Source: Verrucomicrobiota bacterium
GTDB lineage: Bacteria > Verrucomicrobiota > Verrucomicrobiia > Opitutales > Seribacteraceae
DNA length: 64,000 nucleotides
Assembly (NCBI GenBank): GCA_027622665.1
Contig: JAQBYT010000004.1
Coordinates: forward strand, 32,001 to 96,000
Reading direction: 5' to 3'
Shown: positions 40,901 to 49,391 of the stretch, piece after piece
Numbering within the stretch: position 1 is the stretch's first letter
Layout: every line of letters begins with the position of its first letter
Made by a program: the position numbers and the translations under genes
The notes under the pieces: generated by a model
Seen by the model: the letters and a program-made list of their open reading frames with translations, nothing else
What the model was told of the DNA's origin: nothing
The model's database searches: none

Positions 40901-41259
40901 TGGCTCAGCTTTATAAGGAAATTGAGGCCACCCTACGCCGCAATGGCACTTATGAAGACGAATTACGGGGAGAAACACTGGCCAGTCAAATTCATGAGGG
41001 TTTTAAGGATAAGGAAGCAGAAAAACTACGCGGGCAGTATATTCAACTCAACATGTTCAATGAAAACTGGATTCCTGCCATAAAAAACGGCCACTACCAC
41101 CGGTTCGAATTATACAACCTTGCCAAGGACCCTTCGCAGAAGAAAAACATAGCTAAAGCCCATCCGGAAGTTTTTAACCGTTTAAAACATGAGCTACTCA
41201 AGATCAACGCCAGCGTCATGGCCGATGGCCCGGACTGGCACCTAAAAGAAAACCCATGA
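37960..41259 (+). CDS. Tandem double sulfatase with the shared helical module in the linker
   Basis: Two full domains: DDLGYRD/CSPSRA/GKWHLG and DDLGWKD/CSTSRA/GKWHLG; 1099 aa. Confidence 0.92.
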   Translation: MKPIPAFLCSLLLLCQGFAKDKQPNVVTLLVDDLGYRDLGCYGGPVKTPVLDKLAAGGVRFTDFHSGAPSCSPSRATFLTGRNHRRTGVYSVITERLHKMHLSKSETTIAEVLKENGYGTAHFGKWHLGMPVQNRKNPTPGDHGFDYWFGLVNGPGPSHKNPTQFLRNGKRVGQMKGYSCQIVVDEALTWLDEKRDDDEPFFLNLWFNEPHAPIAAPDEIVSQYGALNDQAAIYSGTIDNTDRAIGRLVAKLEQLGELDNTIIHYSSDNGSYRQERSGELRGQKGSLFEGGHRVPGIICWKGGIPGGRVEDEPAGAVDLLPTLCGLIGIEKPAKVHLDGSDLAPLLTKSGNFERHQPLFWMSEGPMVMRVGDHTLFASVTAKSSIDFKVADRLTEQIKEVLGDDLEKVLDGMDVKDLRSRLFNHGRLANPEADRLRNQLRDLYYFNEAWIPELKKSGIGRVQLYDLSKDLGQQNDIAKERPELVARLKKQAAAIHRSVMAEAPEWLTPEEQAAAKKPQADSPDRPATGAPETDTAKLLARIDKNDIPKVYHGSRHQAYVDKVMAGIKPEQRARVGQLWKEKRRLDSDMSNPGASFVRILTYVAGEAGKSKSPNVVFLLADDLGWKDIGCYGGPVKTPALDTLAAKGMRFTDFHSGAAVCSTSRATILTGRHHIRAGLYSWIMNHIQHSHLLEREITLAEMLKAHGYTTAHMGKWHLGTSSGKLKKPTLNDHGFDYWFATANNANPSHLNPVNFVRNGKRLGQLKGYSCQLVVDEAIHWLEKERDPKKPFFLNLWFHEPHAPIAAPDELVKPYGPLKNPSAIYSGTIDKTDRAIARLLKKLHAIDKPENTIIIYSSDNGSYRHDRVGHLRGIKGSNYEGGIRVPGIFYWPGHIPSGRTEDEPSGLVDLLPTICGLVGINKPEGVHLDGADLSPLLTGKGKFKRKQHMAWISPLSGPALAIRDGDWSLCAHVAYEFPKDKKKMAQLYKEIEATLRRNGTYEDELRGETLASQIHEGFKDKEAEKLRGQYIQLNMFNENWIPAIKNGHYHRFELYNLAKDPSQKKNIAKAHPEVFNRLKHELLKINASVMADGPDWHLKENP

Positions 41260-43688
41260 ACCGGTTCATCACCATCACCCTGCTGCTTATCGGCCTGCCC
41301 GCCCATGGACAAGCCTTTAAGGAGGCCGTGAAACCATTGGTGGAAGCGTCCTGCATTGATTGCCATGACGCGGATACGGAGACCCCTTTGAATTTCGAAA
41401 AGATCGGGCACGACCTGTCCGATGCCGCCACCTTTCGGCAATGGGTGAAGGTCTTTGACCGGGTGGACAAGGGGGAGATGCCACCCAAGAAGAAAAAGCG
41501 GCCGGATCCGGCGCTGAAGAACAAGGCGTTGGCGGCCCTGGAAGCAGACCTGAGAGCGGCCAACCTCAAACAACAGGACGCCGAGGGGCGAGTGGCTGCC
41601 CGGCGACTCACCCGACTGGAGTTTGAATACACCCTGCAGGATATACTTGGGATAGGTGGAAACCTAAAGCGGCATTTACCACCTGAGAATGCCTCGGCCA
41701 AGTTTGCCAACGTTGCTGAAAAACAGGGGATTTCGCCTGTGCATATCCGCAGCTACCTCAAGGCCGTAGACGTCGCGCTGGACGAGGCCATCATGCTCGG
41801 TCCCAAACCCCGCGCCGGAGGGCGCGATATCGATTACCGCAACAACAGGTATAGCAGCATGTGGTTCGACCGTCCGATGCGCAACGGTGGGCAAACCGTC
41901 ATGCGCACGGATGATGCCTATGTGATGTTCAGCTACCGCAGAGAACCGTTCGTCGCCCGATCCGACCACATGGGGTATCACTTTCCTTACCCCGGGCTCT
42001 ATCGCATTACTGCCGAAGGCGCCGGATACCAGGCCAAGACTCTCATCGGTTTCGGTCTATACAAGGCCAGTGACAAGCACGGCAACACCGAGTTGATTGG
42101 CAACTTCGAGATCAAGCCCGGCGAATCGCGCAAGATTGAGGTCACCCAATATTTCGAACCGGGTGAATTCTTTTTTCCCGCAGGTCTGAGCCTCAATGCG
42201 GCGCCTGACGGGAAAATGATCTACATGATGCGCGTCAAAGGCGCGCGCGGTTACAAGGGCGAAGGGCTCGCCATCAAATGGCTGAAGATCGAGGGGCCGT
42301 TGGAGGAAACGTGGCCTCCAACGCGCACACGCGATCTGCTAACCGGTGTGCCGATCGTGTGGGTGCCGAAACATCGCATCTACTGGACGCACCCAACCAA
42401 GGAACCTAATGAACATCTGCGCGACATCGTCAAGCAGCTCGCGCCCAAGGCCTTTCGCAGACCGGTGACGGACGCGGAAATCGAATCCTTTGTCTCTCTT
42501 GCAAAACCGCATCACCCCAAGGACCAACCGATGCATAAAATGGTTCGTGCCCCCCTGCGGGCCATGTTCAGTTCGCCACAGTTTCTCTTTCATGGCGGCC
42601 AACCCGGTCCGTTAGATGATCACGCGCTGGCCACCAGACTCTCTTATTTCCTCTGGAAATCGGTCCCTGACGAGCAACTGTCCGCACTGGGCCATGATAA
42701 CAAGCTAAAGGACCCGAAGGTTCTCGCGAATCAAGTCAATCGAATGCTCAAGGACCCAAGGTCGAACCGATTCGTCGATGATTTCCTGGACGGTTGGTTA
42801 CACATAAGCGATATCGACGCCACCACTCCCGACGAAAAGCTCTATCCCGAATACGGAGACACTTTGCGTCAGGCGATGTTGGCCGAGTCCCGTCTCTTTT
42901 TTCGCGAACTGATCGACCGCAACCTTGCAACCCGCAACTTCATCGACTCGGACTTCACCTTCGTCAACCGCAGGCTGGCCCATCACTATGGCTTGCCCGA
43001 AGTTCCCGGAGAACGGATGCGTCGCGTGAAGCTTCCCGCCGACAGCGCGCGTGGCGGACTCATGACGCAGGCCAGCATCCTTAAGGTCACAGCCAACGGG
43101 ACCCTCACCTCGCCCGTGAAACGCGGGCACTGGGTACTAAACTCGCTCTTAGGTACGCCACCCCAACCGCCGCCTCCAACCATCAGCGCTCTGGAACCGG
43201 ACATCCGCGGAGCGGTAACCATCCGGCAGACGCTCGCCAAGCATCGTGACGTAGCCAGTTGCGCCAGTTGTCATCAGCACATCGATCCGCCCGGATTTGC
43301 ACTGGAGAGCTTCGATCCCATCGGTGGTTTTCGCCATCGCTACCGCACAACCGGCAAGGGTGATTGGACCAAAGAGCGGTACCTTACGGCATACCACTTG
43401 GGGCACCCTCTCTACCGTTGGGGCCTCGACGTGGACGCCAGCGGTTCGACGGCCAGTGGAGAAAAATTTAGAGGTATCCGCCGCTTCCGAGATTTGTTAC
43501 TGAAGGAGGAGGTGCAGGTGGCCCGCAATTTTGTATCGCAACTGATCACCTACGCAACCGGAGCCGAGGTGCAGTTTGCCGACCGCGCGGAGGTGGAACG
43601 AATGCTCGCATCGGCAAAGGCGGATGGCTACCTTGTACGCGACCTGCTTCACGCCGTAGTGCAAAGCCGATTATTTTTAAACAAATGA
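41256..43688 (+). CDS. DUF1587/1592/1588/1585-family c-type cytochrome protein
   Basis: CIDCH, RRLTRLEFEYT, LATRLSYFLW, TSPVKRG, CASCHQHIDPPGFALESFD. Confidence 0.9.
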   Translation: MNRFITITLLLIGLPAHGQAFKEAVKPLVEASCIDCHDADTETPLNFEKIGHDLSDAATFRQWVKVFDRVDKGEMPPKKKKRPDPALKNKALAALEADLRAANLKQQDAEGRVAARRLTRLEFEYTLQDILGIGGNLKRHLPPENASAKFANVAEKQGISPVHIRSYLKAVDVALDEAIMLGPKPRAGGRDIDYRNNRYSSMWFDRPMRNGGQTVMRTDDAYVMFSYRREPFVARSDHMGYHFPYPGLYRITAEGAGYQAKTLIGFGLYKASDKHGNTELIGNFEIKPGESRKIEVTQYFEPGEFFFPAGLSLNAAPDGKMIYMMRVKGARGYKGEGLAIKWLKIEGPLEETWPPTRTRDLLTGVPIVWVPKHRIYWTHPTKEPNEHLRDIVKQLAPKAFRRPVTDAEIESFVSLAKPHHPKDQPMHKMVRAPLRAMFSSPQFLFHGGQPGPLDDHALATRLSYFLWKSVPDEQLSALGHDNKLKDPKVLANQVNRMLKDPRSNRFVDDFLDGWLHISDIDATTPDEKLYPEYGDTLRQAMLAESRLFFRELIDRNLATRNFIDSDFTFVNRRLAHHYGLPEVPGERMRRVKLPADSARGGLMTQASILKVTANGTLTSPVKRGHWVLNSLLGTPPQPPPPTISALEPDIRGAVTIRQTLAKHRDVASCASCHQHIDPPGFALESFDPIGGFRHRYRTTGKGDWTKERYLTAYHLGHPLYRWGLDVDASGSTASGEKFRGIRRFRDLLLKEEVQVARNFVSQLITYATGAEVQFADRAEVERMLASAKADGYLVRDLLHAVVQSRLFLNK

Positions 43689-44929
43689 AACTAAACCGAA
43701 GAACCTTTTTACGAAGCACCGGCGTGGCGATGGCGTTGCCGTGGCTGGAATCGATCCAACCGGCTTGGGGCAAGGAGCTGGCTCCGCCGAAACGGATGGT
43801 CTTCATTTGCAACACGCTTGGCCTGCACGCGCCAGCGTTGTTCCCCAAAAAGACCGGGGCCGACTACGAATTGACCGATTACCTGAGCATCATCAAGGCA
43901 CACCGGAAAGACTTTACCTTATTCTCCGGGCTTTCCCACCCGCAACAAGGTGGCGAACACCTGTGCGAGATGACTTGGCTGAGCGCAGCCCCAAACCCCG
44001 GCATGGACGGCTTCCAAAACTCGATCTCGGTCGACCAATACGCGGCCGGCAAACTCGGCTACGTCACGCGCTTTCCGTCCGTGTCACTAAGCAGCGACTC
44101 CTCAACCAGTCAGTCCTATACCGGTAGCGGGGTAATGATACCCGCCGAGCAACGCCCATCACACATGTTTGCGAAAATGTTCCTGCGCGGCAAACCGGAG
44201 GAGATCGCTCGTCAAAAACAAAAGCTGGCCGAGGGCCGCAGCGTGCTGGACGAGTTGCTCAGCCAAACCAGGATACTGCTCAAGAACGCGCCGGGAGCCG
44301 ACCGCGAGCGGTTGCAGGAATATTTCGAATCCGTCCGCACCGCGGAAAAGAACCTCGCCGAGGAACAGGTCTGGTTCGATCGTCCCAAGCCGGAAGTGCA
44401 GGCCAAGGCTCCGCCGGACATCCACGACAAGACCGACCTCGTCGGCCGCATCCGGCTGCTGTTCAATCTCGTTCCTCTGATCATACAGACTGATTCCTCG
44501 CGCGTGATCAGTGTCGTCATCCAAAATAACCACGGCGTGCCGCAGGTCGAAGGCGTCGATTCCGAGCACCACAACCTCTCGCATCACGGGCGCGATCCCA
44601 AGCGAATTCAGCAATTGCTCAAGATCGAACGCGCCATTATGGGTTGTTTCGACGAATTCCTCACTGCCATGAAAACCAAGCGCGAGGGGGGAGGCACATT
44701 GCTCGACAACACCACCACGCTTTTCGGCAGCAACTTGGGCAACGCCAGCGCCCACGATCCACGCAACAACCCCATACTGCTCGCCGGGGGCGGGCTCAAA
44801 CACGGCCGTTATCTTGCCCACGATGCCAAGAACAACACGCCGCTCTGCAACCTCTTCGTGCATATGCTCAACCAGATGAACCTCAATACCGATCAGTTTG
44901 CCAGCAGTACCGGCGAACTAACTCTTTAA
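43685..44929 (+). CDS. DUF1552-family protein (Tat)
   Basis: LNRRTFLR, ISVDQ, HHNLSHHG, LLDNT, PILLAGG; usual partner of DUF1592. Confidence 0.9.
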   Translation: MKLNRRTFLRSTGVAMALPWLESIQPAWGKELAPPKRMVFICNTLGLHAPALFPKKTGADYELTDYLSIIKAHRKDFTLFSGLSHPQQGGEHLCEMTWLSAAPNPGMDGFQNSISVDQYAAGKLGYVTRFPSVSLSSDSSTSQSYTGSGVMIPAEQRPSHMFAKMFLRGKPEEIARQKQKLAEGRSVLDELLSQTRILLKNAPGADRERLQEYFESVRTAEKNLAEEQVWFDRPKPEVQAKAPPDIHDKTDLVGRIRLLFNLVPLIIQTDSSRVISVVIQNNHGVPQVEGVDSEHHNLSHHGRDPKRIQQLLKIERAIMGCFDEFLTAMKTKREGGGTLLDNTTTLFGSNLGNASAHDPRNNPILLAGGGLKHGRYLAHDAKNNTPLCNLFVHMLNQMNLNTDQFASSTGELTL

Positions 44930-44930
44930 C

Positions 44931-46322
44931 ATGAAAAGCTTCTCCACACTTTGCGTCGCCCTGTTGGGCATGAACTTATCTGCAAACGCCGACGACTTCA
45001 CCAAGGCGAAAGCCTCCAACTGGCATCATTGGCGTGGGCCGGATGCAAACGGAGTCGCCACTACGGCGAAACCACCCACCCACTGGAGTGAGAAAAAGAA
45101 CATCCGTTGGAAAGCGCCGGTCGAGGGCTTTGGAACATCCACTCCCATTGTGTGGGGTAACAAAGTCTTTCTTCTTACTGCCATCAATACCGGCAGGGTG
45201 GATCCTTCCCTCCCGCGTCCGGAGGATCAACCCAAGCGCGTCTTCGACATCACGCACCCGAACACGACCTACGAGTTCATCGTACTTTGCTTGGACCGCA
45301 AGACGGGGAAAACACTTTGGCGGAGGGTGGTCACCAAAATGATTCCTCACGAGGGTACCCACCGGGACAACAACTTTGCCTCGGCATCGCCCTCCACCGA
45401 TGGCGAGCGCCTATATTGCTGGTTCGGTTCGGCGGGCTTGTTTTGCTACGACTTGGAGGGTAAGAAACTTTGGGAGCGCAACCTGGGCAAGGTCAAGATC
45501 GGGGCGAGCCTGGGGGAGGGGTGCTCACCAGTTTTGCACAAGGGCAAACTGGTTGTGGTTCGAGACAATCGGGGACAGTCGACCATACATGTTTTGAATT
45601 CCAAAAATGGAGAAACCATTTGGATGAAAAACCGGAACACCCGCAACGGATGGTCCACGCCTGCAGTCGTTGAGCATGAAGGCAAAACTCAGGTGATCAC
45701 TACCGCCTCCAGGCAAAAGGAGGGGGATCGTTCGAATCCCGGCAAGGTGATCAGTTATGATCTTGAGAATGGGAACGTAATCTGGGAATGCTCCGGTCTG
45801 ACTGACAATGCGATCCCATGCCCAATCGTTGAAGACGGGGTTGCTTACTGTATGACGGGATACCAAGGTTTTTCCGTACTCGCCGTGCCCATTTCGGGGA
45901 AGGGAGACCAGTCGGAGAATATCCTATGGAGAGGGAATTTGGGAACCCCCTACGTTCCGTCCGCCGTACTTTATGACGGGCTTCTTTATTTTACCCAGTC
46001 CAACCAGGCCATCCTTTCCTGTGTCGATGCAAAAACCGGTAAGGTTCTCATGGAGCGAACCCGGATCAAAGGTTTGTCCAACGTCTATGCCTCGCTCACC
46101 GGGGCGGGTAATCACGTCTACGTGTTCGGGCGCTACGGAAAGACAGCCGTGATCAAGAGAACGGGCAAGTTCGACTTGGTGTCTACGAACGTCTTGGCCG
46201 ACCGCTTCGACGCATCGCCCGCGGTAGTAGGCGGTCAACTTTTCTTGCGTGGACATAAATTTCTCTACTGCATCGAGTCAGATTCTAATCCCACTAATCA
46301 AAACAAGGAGACAATCAGATGA
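44931..46322 (+). CDS. PQQ-binding-like (BamB-like) beta-propeller
   Basis: NWHHWRGP, STPIVWG, ASASPSTDGE, WSTP, ASPA. Confidence 0.88.
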   Translation: MKSFSTLCVALLGMNLSANADDFTKAKASNWHHWRGPDANGVATTAKPPTHWSEKKNIRWKAPVEGFGTSTPIVWGNKVFLLTAINTGRVDPSLPRPEDQPKRVFDITHPNTTYEFIVLCLDRKTGKTLWRRVVTKMIPHEGTHRDNNFASASPSTDGERLYCWFGSAGLFCYDLEGKKLWERNLGKVKIGASLGEGCSPVLHKGKLVVVRDNRGQSTIHVLNSKNGETIWMKNRNTRNGWSTPAVVEHEGKTQVITTASRQKEGDRSNPGKVISYDLENGNVIWECSGLTDNAIPCPIVEDGVAYCMTGYQGFSVLAVPISGKGDQSENILWRGNLGTPYVPSAVLYDGLLYFTQSNQAILSCVDAKTGKVLMERTRIKGLSNVYASLTGAGNHVYVFGRYGKTAVIKRTGKFDLVSTNVLADRFDASPAVVGGQLFLRGHKFLYCIESDSNPTNQNKETIR

Positions 46323-48586
46323 GCCATCACTCACTTTCGATGTGTGCAAACACGGTTTCGTTTCTTTGTGCGCTATTCGTAACTTCGGCACCTTTAAATG
46401 CCAACTACGAGGTTCGCGCCGTATTAAGAAGCTACAAACTGATCTATGATCTCGATCTGGCTAAACTCGGTCGATCGGTCAGGTATGATGTCGACGAAAG
46501 CACCAACTTCTCTGGTGGATTCGATCGGATCGCCTACTGGTTGGAACTGCAGAAGCCGGGCGAGGAAATCAAGTTTGTTTGTGTCTCTATGGATGCCTTC
46601 ACTGACGAAGCGACTAAGATTGGCGTGCCGACGACCGGAAGTCATGCGACTTTTCAGACGAAGGTGGCCCAATTAAATGTCCTCTCTAATGTTGAAGGCA
46701 TCAAACAAGGTCAGGGCCTTTCAGGCGGTAATATCGAATTCTGGCCCAACAAGTATGCTCAGCTCAACTCCGCAAAGATACCGGGTGCCAGCAGTACTTA
46801 CTTCGACTTCGGCGATCTAAAGGGGCCGCTGGAGAGCGGGTACGGTTGCATGCAGGTCCACAATTACGCCGCTGGCCATACGATTTTCGCCATTAACAAC
46901 TGGAATGCCGGCCCTAAGGCCGATATCGGTATCGGAAACAGCCCCGGCCAGCATCGCGACTGGACCTTCGCGGGCAACGGCGAACAGTACCAGAGCAAGC
47001 GGCTCCGAATTCTGGTACGCCCCACAGGAAAACCCGGAAAGCACAAGGAGCCCGGTTGGGAAAGGTCCTATGCGGCGGGCAAGACGGACGTGAACGGGCA
47101 GTTTCTCGGCGGCTCGGAGATCTTTCACATTGAAAGCCACAAAGGCAAACTCTATGCCGCCACCAGCTACTGGATGGACGAGCACAACACGTACTACAGC
47201 CAGGGAAAGCGGAACCAATGGGCCCAAGTCTTGGTGAAGGACAGCAAGAACAGCCCGTGGCGGGAAGACTACGATACGAGTGATGATGGTGGCGTCCTTC
47301 GACCCGAAATCCTCCAGTCGGTCACCTTCACCAGACCTAACCCAGACGTCAACCTGCTGTTCCTGGCGACCTATCGGAAGGACCGTACCAAGTACTACGT
47401 CGATATCATGGTGCGCAATGACGCGACCGGCAAGTGGATCAAGACAACGCCCCACTCAGGTCCCAAGTTACCGGATGATCACGACTTTTCAGTGCGTGCG
47501 ATGCGTGTTTATACCGATCGTATCACCCGCGAAGAGCGGATTTTCGTTACCGTCGGGATACAGGGAGTATTATCCGGCGTCTACGATCCCAGAGTACCGG
47601 GATGGATTCGCTGGGATCCGCTTCATCCGGTCAAGTTCTCCGAGCGTCCCCTGTCGATCTGCGAGGCGAACAATGAGCTGGTGATCGGCGCGGGCGACGC
47701 CGTTTGGCGACGAAAGGACGGTCGATCGCCAAGCTACTCGATCGTGCATGACTTGCGCGATCTGGTCGATAGACCGGTAAACCCGGCCATCGGCGGGATT
47801 CGCGGCATGACCACCATCGACAACCCCAATGGTCGGGGGGATTCCTTGCTCTTTCTATGGTCGAACGCGGACGCCAAAGGAGCCTGCGGCAGCATGTATC
47901 GCCTCGACCCCGATGGGCGCGGTGGCTACACCCGCCACGAGGATGTCCGGCTCGCCCCGGTCATTCAAAAGGAATTGGGTGTCTATCCGAGTTTCATTCT
48001 CGGGTCATACAGCTATGTGCAGCCCGTACGTAATCCCGTCACTCGCAAGATCAATCACCTGGTTGGCCTCTATGTGCAATTGCAGCACGGCAAACACTCC
48101 TATCCGACTTGGGACAAGACCAAGAAGATCTACATGGGCGGGCTTTTCGCGATTCGCGATGACAAGGGGCGGTACACGATCAACGAAGTGAATGGCCGTC
48201 ACAACGGAAGCGACACGCCCCTGACCACAGTCCGGGCCATCGAACCGTCCCCGTTCCGAAACGACATGGACGTCTACTTCGGTGGGCATGATTGTGCAAA
48301 CATCATGTCGACGAATTTCGCCTGGATGTACAAGGCTCCGCTGCGGACGGTACTCAGACTGCCGCCGAAAATAAGCGCGAGGGATCAGGCGAGGGAATGG
48401 AAGGATGTCTCGGGGCGGGTGATTCAAGCGGTTCTCAAAGACGCGACCCAAGAAAAAGTCATATTGTCAAAGGAGGGAAGGGAATACGTTCTTCCGCTTG
48501 TCCGCCTAAGTGAAGGAGACCGCGAATACGTTAAAAAATATGTTCAAGAGAGACAATCGGGCGCAATTTCACCGGCCAAGAAGTAG
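46319..48586 (+). CDS. Secreted multidomain protein with a C-terminal SHD1-like domain
   Basis: REWKDVSGRVIQAVL...LPLVRLSEGDREYV (SHD1-like); central propeller-like region. Confidence 0.65.
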   Translation: MSHHSLSMCANTVSFLCALFVTSAPLNANYEVRAVLRSYKLIYDLDLAKLGRSVRYDVDESTNFSGGFDRIAYWLELQKPGEEIKFVCVSMDAFTDEATKIGVPTTGSHATFQTKVAQLNVLSNVEGIKQGQGLSGGNIEFWPNKYAQLNSAKIPGASSTYFDFGDLKGPLESGYGCMQVHNYAAGHTIFAINNWNAGPKADIGIGNSPGQHRDWTFAGNGEQYQSKRLRILVRPTGKPGKHKEPGWERSYAAGKTDVNGQFLGGSEIFHIESHKGKLYAATSYWMDEHNTYYSQGKRNQWAQVLVKDSKNSPWREDYDTSDDGGVLRPEILQSVTFTRPNPDVNLLFLATYRKDRTKYYVDIMVRNDATGKWIKTTPHSGPKLPDDHDFSVRAMRVYTDRITREERIFVTVGIQGVLSGVYDPRVPGWIRWDPLHPVKFSERPLSICEANNELVIGAGDAVWRRKDGRSPSYSIVHDLRDLVDRPVNPAIGGIRGMTTIDNPNGRGDSLLFLWSNADAKGACGSMYRLDPDGRGGYTRHEDVRLAPVIQKELGVYPSFILGSYSYVQPVRNPVTRKINHLVGLYVQLQHGKHSYPTWDKTKKIYMGGLFAIRDDKGRYTINEVNGRHNGSDTPLTTVRAIEPSPFRNDMDVYFGGHDCANIMSTNFAWMYKAPLRTVLRLPPKISARDQAREWKDVSGRVIQAVLKDATQEKVILSKEGREYVLPLVRLSEGDREYVKKYVQERQSGAISPAKK

Positions 48587-48750
48587 TGTTACCCGTGGCC
48601 AAGTTGCCAGTTCAGCCATCGGCCGACCAGGACATGGAGCTCGCCACCCTTGCAGGGAGATACGACTTAACAAAGAACAGCACCCCTGACCAGAAACTTT
48701 CTTGGACACAGATTCCTCCATTGTGTATAAAGAATTGCTAGAAATAAATT

Positions 48751-49008
48751 ATGAACATGACCAAAGATAATCTCCGTACCTTTCTAGGGTGGTGCACGGT
48801 CATTAACCTAGGACTCCTTTTATATTGGATTCTCGCTCTTGTCTTTGCCCGCGACTGGGTGTTTTGGGTTCACACTTCGGCGGTTGAGATATCCAAAGAG
48901 AGCTTTGCCGAAATCAATTACGCCATGATGGGTTACTACAAACTGGCGGTGATTCTTTTCAACGTGACTCCGTACTTGGTACTCAGGTTCGCAAAGTTCT
49001 CCCGATAA
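48751..49008 (+). CDS. Small membrane protein (DUF6868-like)
   Basis: FLGWCTVINLGLL...YKLAVILFNVTPYLVL; upstream TGGACA-N17-TATAAA. Confidence 0.75.
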   Translation: MNMTKDNLRTFLGWCTVINLGLLLYWILALVFARDWVFWVHTSAVEISKESFAEINYAMMGYYKLAVILFNVTPYLVLRFAKFSR

Positions 49009-49102
49009 ACCGGAGCGGCGGGGTTTGCGGTTGAGCTGCTTTTCTTTAGCGGAAGCCGCTTTCTTTAGTGCATGGGAACCTGCCCTTTGCTAGTGGATGA
49101 GT

Positions 49103-49231
49103 ATGTCCAAGACTTACCTTCTATCTTTTCTTTTCTTCTCTTTGGGTGGCTATGTCCTGTCCGGCGCGAACCAACCCAACGTCATCCTCATGATGGCGCG
49201 TGACCTTCTCGACAAATGCAGTCCAGAATGA
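49103..49231 (+). pseudogene. 5' remnant of a sulfatase
   Basis: MSKTYLLSFLFFSLGGYVLSGANQPNVILMMA, then similarity is lost where DDLG is expected. Confidence 0.65.
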
Positions 49232-49391
49232 CTTCCGATCCAGTGACCAGGGCTACGGCGCGGCCATAACTTTGGTCCACAGCACGTGAGGTAATCGTCA
49301 CCACCCGCCCGACCAAGTGCACATTATGAGTGGCGTCGGCAGCCTTAAATAAGCGGCTCAGCGGTCGCATCAAGAAGCCGGTTCCGCTCAC
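49188..49391 (-). pseudogene. Fragment of a NfeD/YqiJ-like OB-fold membrane protein
   Basis: RPLSRLF...LVGRVVTITSRAVDQSYGRA; short and apparently incomplete. Confidence 0.4.
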
